The position numbers were made by a program, and so were the translations under genes. Of a stretch of DNA of 64,000 nucleotides, positions 46,080 through 55,655 are shown piece after piece (position 1 is the first letter of the stretch; the number at the start of each line of letters is the position of its first letter). The notes below the pieces were generated by a model. The model was given only the letters and a program-made list of their open reading frames with translations. It had not been told where the DNA came from and did no database searches. The DNA lies in sequence record MZ443771.1. One strand, 5' to 3'.

Positions 46080-46634
46080 ATGAAAAGCTACGGTTACTTC
46101 TATATTCTGAATCACATCGCTATGGCCGTAGATGCACCCAACAAGGAAGTTGGGTTTAAAGCTCTCGTTGAACTGGACATGTTCAATCGCGCATCTATCT
46201 TCACTCGTCCTGATAGCGAACCACGCGCTGCAAAGCTCGTTCGTGATCTGACAGACGCTATCTATCCGAAGTCTGCTGATGCAAACCCGACTATCGAGCA
46301 ACGCATGATGCTTGTGCAAGCGCTGCACGATCAGGAACTCGAATCGATCTTAGGTGACATTCGCTTCTTCGTGCCGTTCGCGTACACGAAAGAGCAGTTG
46401 ACCGAGCAGTTCGGTTTCTTCGATACAGGCGAAGCGCTCAACGTGCCGTACTTCTTACGTCACATGTTCATGGATGATCAAGCTGTCTTCTGTGACGGCA
46501 AGCTGACTAGCTTCGCTCATTCATGTACTCACGGTGAAGTATCTCAGACTGCCCGTCAGTACGGTCTCTTCCCTGCTCAGGCGTATGGCAAAAACGATAT
46601 CCCTGAGCGTTACAAACATCTGCCTCTGTTTTAG
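46080..46634 (+). CDS. Hypothetical protein
   Basis: 184 aa, AAGGA RBS. Confidence 0.75.
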   Translation: MKSYGYFYILNHIAMAVDAPNKEVGFKALVELDMFNRASIFTRPDSEPRAAKLVRDLTDAIYPKSADANPTIEQRMMLVQALHDQELESILGDIRFFVPFAYTKEQLTEQFGFFDTGEALNVPYFLRHMFMDDQAVFCDGKLTSFAHSCTHGEVSQTARQYGLFPAQAYGKNDIPERYKHLPLF

Positions 46635-46646
46635 GAGACACTGCTC

Positions 46647-47105
46647 ATGGGAGTTGTTCGCGGTATAACAGCAACCACGTTCCCATCACGGGGACGTGAC
46701 GAGGGCCAGAAGATTGCTCTCAAGACTCGCTGGGGAATCTACCCAGCAGTCATCGTTCGTCAAGACAACGATCAGCCATACAATGAGATATGGAAGATCG
46801 ATGCGAAGAATCTTCCTCGTCGCTATTTCACCGAGAGCGACGACCTGTTCGTGTCGCGTCATTACATTGAGAACTACGCCAAGCATTCGCCTATCTGTGC
46901 TAAGGGTGAGCTTGAAGGTCAGTTCGTCGATGTAGTGTTTGACTACGACACGGCGAACAAATGCGAGGGCGTCATCATGACGCATCGTGATCTGCTTTTG
47001 GTAATTCTGATTACCACGGGCCCACATTCAGGACGCTACGTCACAGGCAAAGAATGTCAGTACGCACCGCGACCTCGTTCCACCAAAGAACTTATCGACA
47101 ACTAA
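46647..47105 (+). CDS. Hypothetical protein, probable tandem duplication of a small beta domain
   Basis: Two halves with G..EGQ.h...GVI...RY.T pattern. Confidence 0.65.
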   Translation: MGVVRGITATTFPSRGRDEGQKIALKTRWGIYPAVIVRQDNDQPYNEIWKIDAKNLPRRYFTESDDLFVSRHYIENYAKHSPICAKGELEGQFVDVVFDYDTANKCEGVIMTHRDLLLVILITTGPHSGRYVTGKECQYAPRPRSTKELIDN

Positions 47106-47115
47106 GGATATAAGA

Positions 47116-47685
47116 ATGCAATTCAAAGTAATGCCAGATCTCGAACGTTTCCCTGACTTCATTATGCCTAAACGCGCCACTGCGCATTCTGCTGGGTTTG
47201 ATTTGTTTGCTCAGGAAGATATGATTATCACTGAACAAACAACTCTGTTCGAGCTGGGCTTCAAAGCTGCCGTACCCCGCGACTTTAGCGGCGCAAATGA
47301 TCAGGTACCGAAAGAGTATGTCGGCATCATCTTCCCTCGCAGCGGCCTGGGCGCTAAGTTCAACTGCCAACTGTCAAACACTCTGGGCGTTATTGATTGT
47401 GATTATCGCGGTCAGTGGATGGCTGCCATGCACCTCGGCGGTAAAGGCACTAAGAGCGGCGCGCTTGAAAAAGTACGTGCTTTATTACAGCGCGTTGCGC
47501 CTGCGGTCGCTTCTCTGGTGTCAGGGCCAGACACTCAACTTGCGCTCCACATCAAACGCGGCGAAGCATTTGCACAAGTGCTGTTCTTCGAAGTGCCTAT
47601 GATGGATATCGTTCAGGTGGCCGAGCTGGACGACACTGAGCGCGGCGAGGGTGGCTTCGGTTCTACCACGAAGTCTCGTGGTTAG
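47116..47685 (+). CDS. dut: Trimeric dUTPase with about 30-aa insertion
   Basis: SAGFDL, PRSGLG, GVIDCDYRG, GEAFAQ and RGEGGFGST (motifs I-V). Confidence 0.9.
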   Translation: MQFKVMPDLERFPDFIMPKRATAHSAGFDLFAQEDMIITEQTTLFELGFKAAVPRDFSGANDQVPKEYVGIIFPRSGLGAKFNCQLSNTLGVIDCDYRGQWMAAMHLGGKGTKSGALEKVRALLQRVAPAVASLVSGPDTQLALHIKRGEAFAQVLFFEVPMMDIVQVAELDDTERGEGGFGSTTKSRG

Positions 47686-47893
47686 TTTCATTGTCATATT
47701 GACTGCCTACTATATTGTGGGCGTCATCATTTTTGTGCGGGACGTCATGAGCCTTGACGACGATGATCCAGCGCTCAAGATTCTCAATCAAACATTGGAC
47801 AAAGAAAGCGACCGAAGCGTTCTTTGGACGGCAGTGAAGCTGGCAACGTTCATTGTATTCGTGCATATCCCTATGTGGATTATCCGATTATAG
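47678..47893 (+). CDS. Small membrane protein
   Basis: Two hydrophobic segments flanking an acidic loop. Confidence 0.55.
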   Translation: MVSFIVILTAYYIVGVIIFVRDVMSLDDDDPALKILNQTLDKESDRSVLWTAVKLATFIVFVHIPMWIIRL

Positions 47894-47951
47894 TGATGTT
47901 ACTCACACGAGGGGCCTTACGTGGGCTCCTCATTATCGTAATATAAACACT

Positions 47952-48266
47952 ATGGCAAAGAAAACTTATCTGCTACCCCGAGAGCGACCAAGCCCGTTGC
48001 CTAACTTACGAGCCTATCTCGCGTATCTCGCCCGGAAGCCAAATGCTAATCGTGAAGTATTAGAATCGTACTGCAAAGCAAGTCTGGCCCAGATGCGTCG
48101 CAATCGTTTCTTTGTAGGTAAACTCTTTGGCTATAAGGTGTATACGAAGTCGAACAAGCTCGCATACACGGTTGTGTGGATTGACCCATACAACTATGAC
48201 TGTCTTGTTCTGAATCATCAAAGGAGAGAAGTAGAGTTCAAAAACCTTTATGGCCTGCTTTTATAG
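47952..48266 (+). CDS. Basic hypothetical protein
   Basis: ATG 47952. Confidence 0.6.
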   Translation: MAKKTYLLPRERPSPLPNLRAYLAYLARKPNANREVLESYCKASLAQMRRNRFFVGKLFGYKVYTKSNKLAYTVVWIDPYNYDCLVLNHQRREVEFKNLYGLLL

Positions 48267-48303
48267 TTAGGTCCTAGCGCCTTCACACTAGGGGATTCTT
48301 CCG

Positions 48304-48984
48304 ATGATAACTGTTCTTAACAATCGTACCGACGAGGTAATTAAACGCCTGAACGTAGCAGTATGGTCTTGTGTAGCGTTTGCAACTGTATGTCTGATTG
48401 CAGTGCTCTTAACGCCAGCAAACGCCAGTATGTCTACAGGCCCTGACAACGCCATTGATATGTCTTCCACCGTGTCGCTCGATCCCTCCAATCGTGTAGC
48501 GACAAAATACAAGGAGATCGAAAAGGCAATTGTAGTCAAAGAGGAACGAAGGCCAAAACGCTATGTAACACGCGAGCGCCTCCGACAACTCTATGCGCAT
48601 CTGCCTCACCCGACTGACTTAGGCAAGCAGATTGATTTGGCCGCAGAGAAGTACAGTGTAGACGCAAAATTGCTTCTCTCTATCTGCGTCTCCGAGTCGC
48701 ATCTTCGTGCTAAAGTCAGGAACAAGTCCGGCGCTACTGGCTTATGTCAAGTAATGCCAAAGATGCACGGACGTTCTGCACGGGAACTCATGGACTACCG
48801 AATCAATCTTGATCAGGCAGCCCAGATAGTAGCAACACTAGACAAGCAGTGTAAAGGTCGTCGTGCTTGTATCATTCAGGCATACAACACTGGTTGGGGA
48901 GCATATTTAAAAGGTGTGCGTTCACCACAATACTTAGCGAAAGTCCAGACAGAGTATCGCAAAAAGCATACTCCTTCTTCCTGA
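48304..48984 (+). CDS. Lytic transglycosylase (SLT domain) with N-terminal membrane anchor
   Basis: AAEKYSVD...ICVSES...SGATGLCQVMP...AYNTG; hydrophobic VAVWSCVAFATVCLIAVLL. Confidence 0.85.
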   Translation: MITVLNNRTDEVIKRLNVAVWSCVAFATVCLIAVLLTPANASMSTGPDNAIDMSSTVSLDPSNRVATKYKEIEKAIVVKEERRPKRYVTRERLRQLYAHLPHPTDLGKQIDLAAEKYSVDAKLLLSICVSESHLRAKVRNKSGATGLCQVMPKMHGRSARELMDYRINLDQAAQIVATLDKQCKGRRACIIQAYNTGWGAYLKGVRSPQYLAKVQTEYRKKHTPSS

Positions 48985-48998
48985 TAGAGGATATAATA

Positions 48999-49673
48999 AT
49001 GAACATGAATATCACCACACTGTACAAGATGCAATTCCAGTTGCTGAAACCTTTCTCGCCTCGTCAGGAGTATGCGCTTGTTGTGCTGCTTAATGACAAC
49101 GTGCGTGATGGTGACGTTGCTGCAATGGCAGAGATAATCGTTCGTGACTACCCGCACGTTGCTCGTCTGTATGACGCGTTCGCTGCGGCTAATCAGTATG
49201 AAAACGCAGTGCCATTCATCGTGCCTGTGTTGAACTCGGAAGAAGTGACCGAAGAGATCTTCTGCATCCGTGATCACGCGCTGGTTGTAGCCCCGGAATT
49301 ACGTGAACTCCTGCAACAGGCTTTATCTCGCGTTGTGATGATGCGTGAAACGCCTGATGAATTGCTGATGCGTGACGGCATCGAACTGATCTTAGTCGCA
49401 GACGCTATTCCACATCTGCTCGGTCAGTTTGTTGACAGTATGCTTGACGCGTACAACTGTGGTGTGTTGCCAATGGTCGTGCGTCCGACTAAAGGTCAAC
49501 AGGCGATGCGTGATGATCGTCTGCTGTCCTTCGAGTTGCTGCGCGAACATGATATGTTCTCTGGAAGTCTGGACTTCACTAAAGCATTACAGCCGAGCGA
49601 ACGTGCTCGCGTTGTAGCCCAACAACTGCTTGCCCGCTTGCGCAATAACACGCTGCAAGCTGTAACACAATAA
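48999..49673 (+). CDS. Hypothetical protein
   Basis: ATG 48999 with GAGGA RBS. Confidence 0.75.
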   Translation: MNMNITTLYKMQFQLLKPFSPRQEYALVVLLNDNVRDGDVAAMAEIIVRDYPHVARLYDAFAAANQYENAVPFIVPVLNSEEVTEEIFCIRDHALVVAPELRELLQQALSRVVMMRETPDELLMRDGIELILVADAIPHLLGQFVDSMLDAYNCGVLPMVVRPTKGQQAMRDDRLLSFELLREHDMFSGSLDFTKALQPSERARVVAQQLLARLRNNTLQAVTQ

Positions 49674-49679
49674 AACAAA

Positions 49680-49708
49680 CGGGAGACCTTAACTGGTTTC
49701 CCGTTTTT
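49680..49708 (+). terminator. Intrinsic terminator
   Basis: CGGGAGACC-TTAACT-GGTTTCCCG-TTTTT. Confidence 0.8.
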
Positions 49709-49733
49709 CATTTCTGCGCAAATTTTTGAGACT

Positions 49734-50684
49734 ATGACAATGACAAAGACTGCTACCTTCCCGTGGAAAAGTGCCGACCATCGTAACGTGGATTTCGCAC
49801 TGCGTATCAACAAACTGAATCTGATGGAAACGTGGAACTACGTTAAGGCTAATAACAAGCCTGACGCAGAAGGTGACGCGCTTCTATCCATGATGCACTA
49901 CCACTCTACCGAGCACATGCGTCAGGTAACAGTGATTGCTCTCTGGTTGTTAGAGCGTGAGTCAGAACAAGCATGGCAGTATGACGTCGGTGCGTTACCT
50001 CTGGCAGTCGCGTGTATGTTCCACGACATGAATCACTCGCTCGGTAAAACTGACGACGAGCAGAACGTGGCCGTAGCCCAAGAGGCATTCAAGCAGTATC
50101 TCACTGTTACCGAAGATCAGCGTATCATCGATCAACAGGACATTATTCTTGAGCTGATCAAAATCACTCAATTCCCGTACTCGAGGACACGTCAGCCGAA
50201 GAATCTTGTCGAGCGCTGCATCCGTGATGCGGATATCCTGTACGGTATGCAGGAAGATGTTATCGACTATGTAATGTTTTCGCTTCGCCGTGAACTGAAT
50301 CGTCGTCCGAAAACTTCTACGTTGAAGTATGACCGAGAGCAGTGGGCAGCAATGCGCATTGACTTCCTGTTCTCAATCGAAATCTATACGCCGACAGCCG
50401 AAGCAATCATGGGCTGGGAGTTGTCTTCGACCAACGACAATAGCCACGAAGATAAATTGCAGGCGTGGGTGAGCGATGACCCTGTGTTCTACGTTACCAC
50501 CGCAAATGCGTTGAAAGCGAATGACGTGTTGTTTATCGACACGCCAGAAGACGCAACGACGAAGCGCCGTCTGATCGAGCGCATTACAGACATGGGTGTT
50601 GGCTTCAACATCTATTTCAATGACGGTGACTCGCTTCATCTGCGCAACGGTGAGAAGTGCGTAGCAGTCGAAAGACGCAAATAA
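49734..50684 (+). CDS. HD-domain metal-dependent phosphohydrolase with C-terminal small beta-barrel
   Basis: HYHSTEH...ACMFHDMNH...IRDAD (H...HD...D). Confidence 0.8.
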   Translation: MTMTKTATFPWKSADHRNVDFALRINKLNLMETWNYVKANNKPDAEGDALLSMMHYHSTEHMRQVTVIALWLLERESEQAWQYDVGALPLAVACMFHDMNHSLGKTDDEQNVAVAQEAFKQYLTVTEDQRIIDQQDIILELIKITQFPYSRTRQPKNLVERCIRDADILYGMQEDVIDYVMFSLRRELNRRPKTSTLKYDREQWAAMRIDFLFSIEIYTPTAEAIMGWELSSTNDNSHEDKLQAWVSDDPVFYVTTANALKANDVLFIDTPEDATTKRRLIERITDMGVGFNIYFNDGDSLHLRNGEKCVAVERRK

Positions 50685-50729
50685 TAGGCTGAAATCGCCG
50701 TACTGTCTAAAGTGCGTTTATGCTACAAT
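50678..50729 (+). promoter_or_regulatory. Early promoter, degenerate copy 10
   Basis: GCAAATAATAGGCTGAAATCG with TGnTACAAT at +39, followed by a TGCGT/ACGCA hairpin. Confidence 0.5.
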
Positions 50730-50761
50730 ATGCGTAGACGCACTAACAAAGAGAAAACGAT

Positions 50762-51466
50762 ATGAAGCCATTAAAACGCATCTATATTGGTTCAGATACA
50801 AATCTGTTTGCGATTAACGCCATCGTCCATCGAACCGCATTTATGTATTTGGACGTCACGGTACATTCTGATACTCGGGGAGACAGGGAAATAAAATTAC
50901 CTGTGCGTGTCAATCCTGATGTTCCTGCCGAATTACGTATGGCCGGTGTGAGTTATGGTATATACATGCCTGTATTAGCGTGTCACCCTGCTTCTGATAC
51001 CGAGTTCCACATTGAGCTGGGTTACACCGATGTTGACGCGAAGCACTTCGACCTGTACAGCCAGAAGTGTACGCACTGGGCGTATATGGGGCTGCTGCCG
51101 GATGTAGCTACTTCTGATGTGCGTGATGCTCGGTACGTTGCCCCGTTGCGTGTGTACGAAGTACCGAAGCCATTCAACATGCCTGCCAGATATCACCACT
51201 ATCGCAAATACGGCGCATCGTTGCGTACTGACTATCTGCGTACTTCTGCGCTCGATAGCATTGACGATGAAACGTGGGCGGCGCTTCTAAGCAAACCTGA
51301 CCACGGTACTTCATGGTCGCAGTTCTTGAACTCTGTTACTAATGGTCGCTTGACGCCGCATGACGATCTGTCCGAGTGTCTCGTAGACATTGACCAAGAG
51401 TTCATGCCCGAGAACGTCATTAAACGTCTGCGTCTTGCTCAACTCGAAAGACGCCTGAGAGGTTAA
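50762..51466 (+). CDS. Hypothetical protein
   Basis: 234 aa ORF. Confidence 0.75.
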   Translation: MKPLKRIYIGSDTNLFAINAIVHRTAFMYLDVTVHSDTRGDREIKLPVRVNPDVPAELRMAGVSYGIYMPVLACHPASDTEFHIELGYTDVDAKHFDLYSQKCTHWAYMGLLPDVATSDVRDARYVAPLRVYEVPKPFNMPARYHHYRKYGASLRTDYLRTSALDSIDDETWAALLSKPDHGTSWSQFLNSVTNGRLTPHDDLSECLVDIDQEFMPENVIKRLRLAQLERRLRG

Positions 51467-51468
51467 TC

Positions 51469-51699
51469 ATGATGCACGATATATACAAGGTGAGTGCTGT
51501 CCTGTTCTATCTGCTTGGCGCTATGGCTTTCCTTGCACATATCGTTGGCTTCGTGAAGAACTGGATGAAGATAAAAGAGATGCGGCAGAAAGCACAGGCG
51601 AAGATTGCTAAAGTGAAAACGCCTCATGAATTGATTAAACGCCGCTTGCGTAAAGCAGAAGAACGCGCACGGTACCGCCCGCGTAAGATAGGAAATTGA
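51469..51699 (+). CDS. Small membrane-anchored basic protein
   Basis: N-terminal TM then K/R-rich helix. Confidence 0.65.
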   Translation: MMHDIYKVSAVLFYLLGAMAFLAHIVGFVKNWMKIKEMRQKAQAKIAKVKTPHELIKRRLRKAEERARYRPRKIGN

Positions 51700-52010
51700 C
51701 TATGCCTGTTGTTACTCGCAGTAAACGTCTGGAAGATAAAGTCAAACACGCTGTAGAAATGTGTTGGGATGAAACTACTACAGACAATGAGGGGCCGAAG
51801 ACGTATAGTTTCTTGGCCACAACATTTGCACAGGATGGAAAAGAACTGCATGGCAGGGAAGTGCAAATGATCAACCATATCCTGAGTGATGCGCGTTACG
51901 TTAACCTTTATGGGCGCTACGTGACCGCGTTACAAAAGAGCAAGCACGGTGACAGACTCATATTCCAACCCGTCGCTGATCTCGAAGACATTATTGAACT
52001 GGAGCTGTAA
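51696..52010 (+). CDS. Hypothetical protein
   Basis: 104 aa ORF. Confidence 0.7.
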   Translation: MTMPVVTRSKRLEDKVKHAVEMCWDETTTDNEGPKTYSFLATTFAQDGKELHGREVQMINHILSDARYVNLYGRYVTALQKSKHGDRLIFQPVADLEDIIELEL

Positions 52011-52011
52011 C

Positions 52012-52320
52012 ATGGAAAAGATTAAACCTAATCTGCAATATATCCAAACGGTAACGCTGCGTACTCTTGAGGACATTGCGCAGCGTAAGCGTGAGCGCAA
52101 TCTTCCGCCTAACACGTCATTCTCTATCAAGCAGTCACATCTGTTCCCTGAGCATGAGATGACGATTCGTAATGCAAGCGACATGGCGATCTTTCTATCA
52201 TCACCGAGTTTGTGTGAAAAGTATGGTCGCTGGGCGATAGCTCCTGAGCGTAATGCACAAGGGGATCGCGTTGTCGTCTTCGTCCCTGTCCCAGAAATCC
52301 CTGATGTTGAGGAGCTGTAA
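52012..52320 (+). CDS. Hypothetical protein
   Basis: ATG 52012 with GGAG RBS. Confidence 0.7.
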   Translation: MEKIKPNLQYIQTVTLRTLEDIAQRKRERNLPPNTSFSIKQSHLFPEHEMTIRNASDMAIFLSSPSLCEKYGRWAIAPERNAQGDRVVVFVPVPEIPDVEEL

Positions 52321-52321
52321 C

Positions 52322-52900
52322 ATGGAGCAGATCGATTTGTTTGATACTAAAGGTGCCCACGAGATTTCTGAGTATATAGAACTCGGTTCAGATGGACTTC
52401 CTCTAATGTTGGCTACACGCAATGACTGGCGAGTGTATGCTGCGTTCGGCGATCCTGTAGTGCGCGCGGAACTTTTGGAAAAGCACCCAGACCTGAAGCC
52501 GGGAAAATTGAAGTTCCGCAAGAAGCTGGTCATGATTCAAGAGTTTGTGTTGGTCACTCATGACACACTCAAGGAAAGTCTGCGCAAGAAACAAGGCGAT
52601 GTATACTCTGGAAGCTACGACAGGGACCCGCAGTACCTGATCAATGTGTATAATCACACTGAGAAGGTAGCGTTGTTCATGCGTGACTTCGAAGACTTCA
52701 TGTCGGGCTTCATGAACGCCGTGCATCTGTTCACTGTGTCAACTGTGTATGACGGTCGCCTGTTGATCTTCGCAGAGAACGGAGCACCTATTGTCTCCGC
52801 AGAAGAAACGCTGGAGATGCTTAACGAGATTGAGCACTTCATTAACCGAAGCAAAGTGTATCGCGTACACTCACAACACGCCATCTACCGTACAATCTAA
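52322..52900 (+). CDS. Hypothetical protein
   Basis: ATG 52322 with GAGGAG RBS. Confidence 0.75.
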   Translation: MEQIDLFDTKGAHEISEYIELGSDGLPLMLATRNDWRVYAAFGDPVVRAELLEKHPDLKPGKLKFRKKLVMIQEFVLVTHDTLKESLRKKQGDVYSGSYDRDPQYLINVYNHTEKVALFMRDFEDFMSGFMNAVHLFTVSTVYDGRLLIFAENGAPIVSAEETLEMLNEIEHFINRSKVYRVHSQHAIYRTI

Positions 52901-52947
52901 TCTATCAATAGCGGCAGCGCTCACGGGTGCTGCACAGGAGAAACATT

Positions 52948-54597
52948 ATGTCATTCGATATGCGCAAAAACGTACTCATGGTTCGCTCTATGTCTCACGG
53001 CCAACCGTTCTATAACTTCTACAATGCAGTGGGCATCGAGTTTACGCTTGCCGGTTACCAGCTTAAAGAGATTTATGATTGCCATTACCAAGGTAAGCTG
53101 AGTGGCATTCGCACGTATTGGGGCTTCTCAAACAAAGCCACCAGTGAGACTTTCGAGTTCTCATCGCGCGGCGATCTGATGTGGAACGTGTCGCTGAACA
53201 ATACTTGCCACACTCTGCTTCCGTTTGAAATGATTATCGGGCATGAGGGTTTCAACGTTGTTAATGGCTTCATGATTGAAGACCATGTACGCAAGCTGAT
53301 CCGAATCCACCAGAGAGCTGTTGGTCGCACTCTCGAAAGTTATGTGTGGTTCGAAAAAATGACTGAACCTCAGATGCGTGAGATGCTGGCTGCTCTTGGC
53401 CTGGGCCCGCTGCGCATTGAACGTGCAGACCGTGCTGAACTGATCAAGATTCATACCGAATGGCTGCGTAAGCATGACGACGAGTTTAAGTATACGCACG
53501 ATGCTATTGGTCTCGATCACGACCAGAAGATACCTGCTGACTTCTACGATGACCACGGTCGCCGTATCTCTCGTCGTATGCTGGCTGCACACAAAACAGT
53601 TGAGATGATGGCCACCGAGCTGTCCAATCTCATTCGCATTTTCGACCTGAACCCTAACTTCAATCACAAAGATCCGATGTGGGAGTTCGGGCTTGCTACA
53701 ATCGCCGAGCGTTTCATCTATGCAGAAGACGCGAAAGAAGCGCTTGCTGCTATTCTCGAAAACAGCCAGTTCGTTGTTAACGGTGTGTATGCGTTAGCGC
53801 GTGATTACGATTGGCGTCAAGTCAACGAAGAAACAGAGGAATACCGCCAATCGTTGATTCGTCGTCTGCTGCAAGAACTGCGCAATGAAATCGAAGCCGA
53901 AGATTCGATGTTTGTTGTCGAAGACGGGATTGTGATGATCAAAGCTGTCGCTGTCACTGCGCACAACGAACAACTGTTGGCCGAACCTGACCTCGAAGAA
54001 GATGAAGAAGAGGACGAAGAAGAAGAGGTTGATGAGGTAGAAGATACGTCCGAAGAACAACGCGCCGTGTTGAAAGCACTCACTGCTCTGCCTGACGATT
54101 CTCTGCGTAAGCTGTGTACTAATCATAAGCTCGCGCCTAAGCATCGTATTAGAAAGCTGACTCGCACTGAGATGATTGAACTGTGCTGCGATTCATTCGG
54201 TACTGAACTGCCTGACGATATGGATGACGTAGACCCAGAAGCTGAGGCGGAAGTTGAGGCAAAAGCTGAATCAGGCAAACGTCCACGCAAGTACCCAGCT
54301 TTGGTTGATGACGTTAATATCAGCTACGACACTATTCGCTCTATTCTCATTCGTGCTAAAATCCCAGGCACTGATCATAAAGGCGAACTGCATCGTGGTA
54401 CGAAAGAGGCCCGAGCTATCGCTCGCAAGAAAATACTCAATAGCCTGAAAACTGCTGTTGATACAGGCTTGCTTGAGACACTGGCTGCCTTTACGCTCGA
54501 AGCACTCGCCTGTGCTCTGACTAAAATGAAAGACGGTGATCGCTATCCTCGTGACTCTGCGTACCTGAAAGAACTAATTAAACACGCAACTCGTTAA
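52948..54597 (+). CDS. Multidomain protein with HeH-like modules and an acidic tract
   Basis: MTEPQMREMLAALGL...DRAELI; LPDDSLRKLC...TRTEMI; E/D-rich linker. Confidence 0.7.
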   Translation: MSFDMRKNVLMVRSMSHGQPFYNFYNAVGIEFTLAGYQLKEIYDCHYQGKLSGIRTYWGFSNKATSETFEFSSRGDLMWNVSLNNTCHTLLPFEMIIGHEGFNVVNGFMIEDHVRKLIRIHQRAVGRTLESYVWFEKMTEPQMREMLAALGLGPLRIERADRAELIKIHTEWLRKHDDEFKYTHDAIGLDHDQKIPADFYDDHGRRISRRMLAAHKTVEMMATELSNLIRIFDLNPNFNHKDPMWEFGLATIAERFIYAEDAKEALAAILENSQFVVNGVYALARDYDWRQVNEETEEYRQSLIRRLLQELRNEIEAEDSMFVVEDGIVMIKAVAVTAHNEQLLAEPDLEEDEEEDEEEEVDEVEDTSEEQRAVLKALTALPDDSLRKLCTNHKLAPKHRIRKLTRTEMIELCCDSFGTELPDDMDDVDPEAEAEVEAKAESGKRPRKYPALVDDVNISYDTIRSILIRAKIPGTDHKGELHRGTKEARAIARKKILNSLKTAVDTGLLETLAAFTLEALACALTKMKDGDRYPRDSAYLKELIKHATR

Positions 54598-54632
54598 TCG
54601 TCTAACCATACCTAACATTGTAGGGAATCAAA

Positions 54633-55085
54633 ATGAAAGAGAAAAATATTCTGGTACTGAATCGTGTTCGCCTCGTTATGGAAGATATGCTCGTTGAGCA
54701 ATTCGCTGACTTGGCCCGCAAAGACCAAGAACGTGCAGGCGACCTGAGCGTTATCATGCTGTCTAAGATTCAGCAGGGTGTTAACGCTATGCTTGCGAAC
54801 GGTAACCCAGAAGCATGTTGTCGTGCTGATGTTGCGTGGACAGAATGCTCGTTCTTATCGACGACTGGTCTGTTCGTGATTGCATCGTCTGCCGATGCTG
54901 AGGTGCTCAATCACTTTGAAGACTCGGACTATCTATGCCACATACGGGCTATCGAGCACTTCGCAAAAGAAGCTGGCTTCAAGTTCACTGTTGAGCCTAT
55001 TCGTGTAGCGTTTCCATTCGAGAGCACGATCATCCCAGAAGCTCTGCGCTACGTGCCACCTACAGATAACTTGACTAAGCGCTAA
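54633..55085 (+). CDS. Hypothetical protein
   Basis: 150 aa ORF. Confidence 0.75.
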   Translation: MKEKNILVLNRVRLVMEDMLVEQFADLARKDQERAGDLSVIMLSKIQQGVNAMLANGNPEACCRADVAWTECSFLSTTGLFVIASSADAEVLNHFEDSDYLCHIRAIEHFAKEAGFKFTVEPIRVAFPFESTIIPEALRYVPPTDNLTKR

Positions 55086-55089
55086 AACA

Positions 55090-55142
55090 GCAAAAATCTG
55101 GACAAAATGAGGGTAGTATGCGAAACTGCCCTATGCTATAAT
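55090..55142 (+). promoter_or_regulatory. Early promoter copy 6
   Basis: GCAAAAATCTGGACAAAATGAGGGT...TGnTATAAT at +39; strong 5' hairpin follows. Confidence 0.75.
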
Positions 55143-55193
55143 AGAAGCGTAGCATGTGCTACGCTTTCTAACGTATGTCTGAGGAGACAAATC

Positions 55194-55655
55194 ATGCAAG
55201 AGCATAAAGCAACCCCGGCCGATATCGAACTGCAAGATCGTATGATGGAAGCGGGTGTCCAGCGCATCATCGAATTGAAACCTGAGTGGATCGACGTTTG
55301 TACTGCGGGACTTCGTTTGTACCTGACCGTGTGCGATCAAATCGGCGGTCCGATTCCTGAACTGCGTTTCGTCCATAACAGCAAACCTTGTCGCATTCAA
55401 TTCAACTTGAACGAATCGGCAGAAGGTACCGAGTTCACTGCGAACGATATCGATCACGAAAAGCAAATGGCAATATGTGATGCCATTCTTGATGTGGCCG
55501 ACGCGAACGAAGATGGCCACTCGCTGTTAGACCTTGCCATTTGTTCTGGTCGCCTGTTCATGATTGGTTATGACGGGCTTGCGGGTACGGTTGAGAAAGT
55601 TTGCTTCCGTTTCGCCAAGAAGAACTACACAATGAATCTGGTCAAAGGTGAATAA
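55194..55655 (+). CDS. Acidic hypothetical protein
   Basis: ATG 55194 with GAGGAG RBS. Confidence 0.75.
   Translation: MQEHKATPADIELQDRMMEAGVQRIIELKPEWIDVCTAGLRLYLTVCDQIGGPIPELRFVHNSKPCRIQFNLNESAEGTEFTANDIDHEKQMAICDAILDVADANEDGHSLLDLAICSGRLFMIGYDGLAGTVEKVCFRFAKKNYTMNLVKGE

Noticed and set aside
47678-48984. Holin-endolysin lysis cassette (small membrane ORF plus SLT)
   Set aside because: The genes are separated by an unrelated ORF, no spanins are nearby, and the context is the early region; not enough support.
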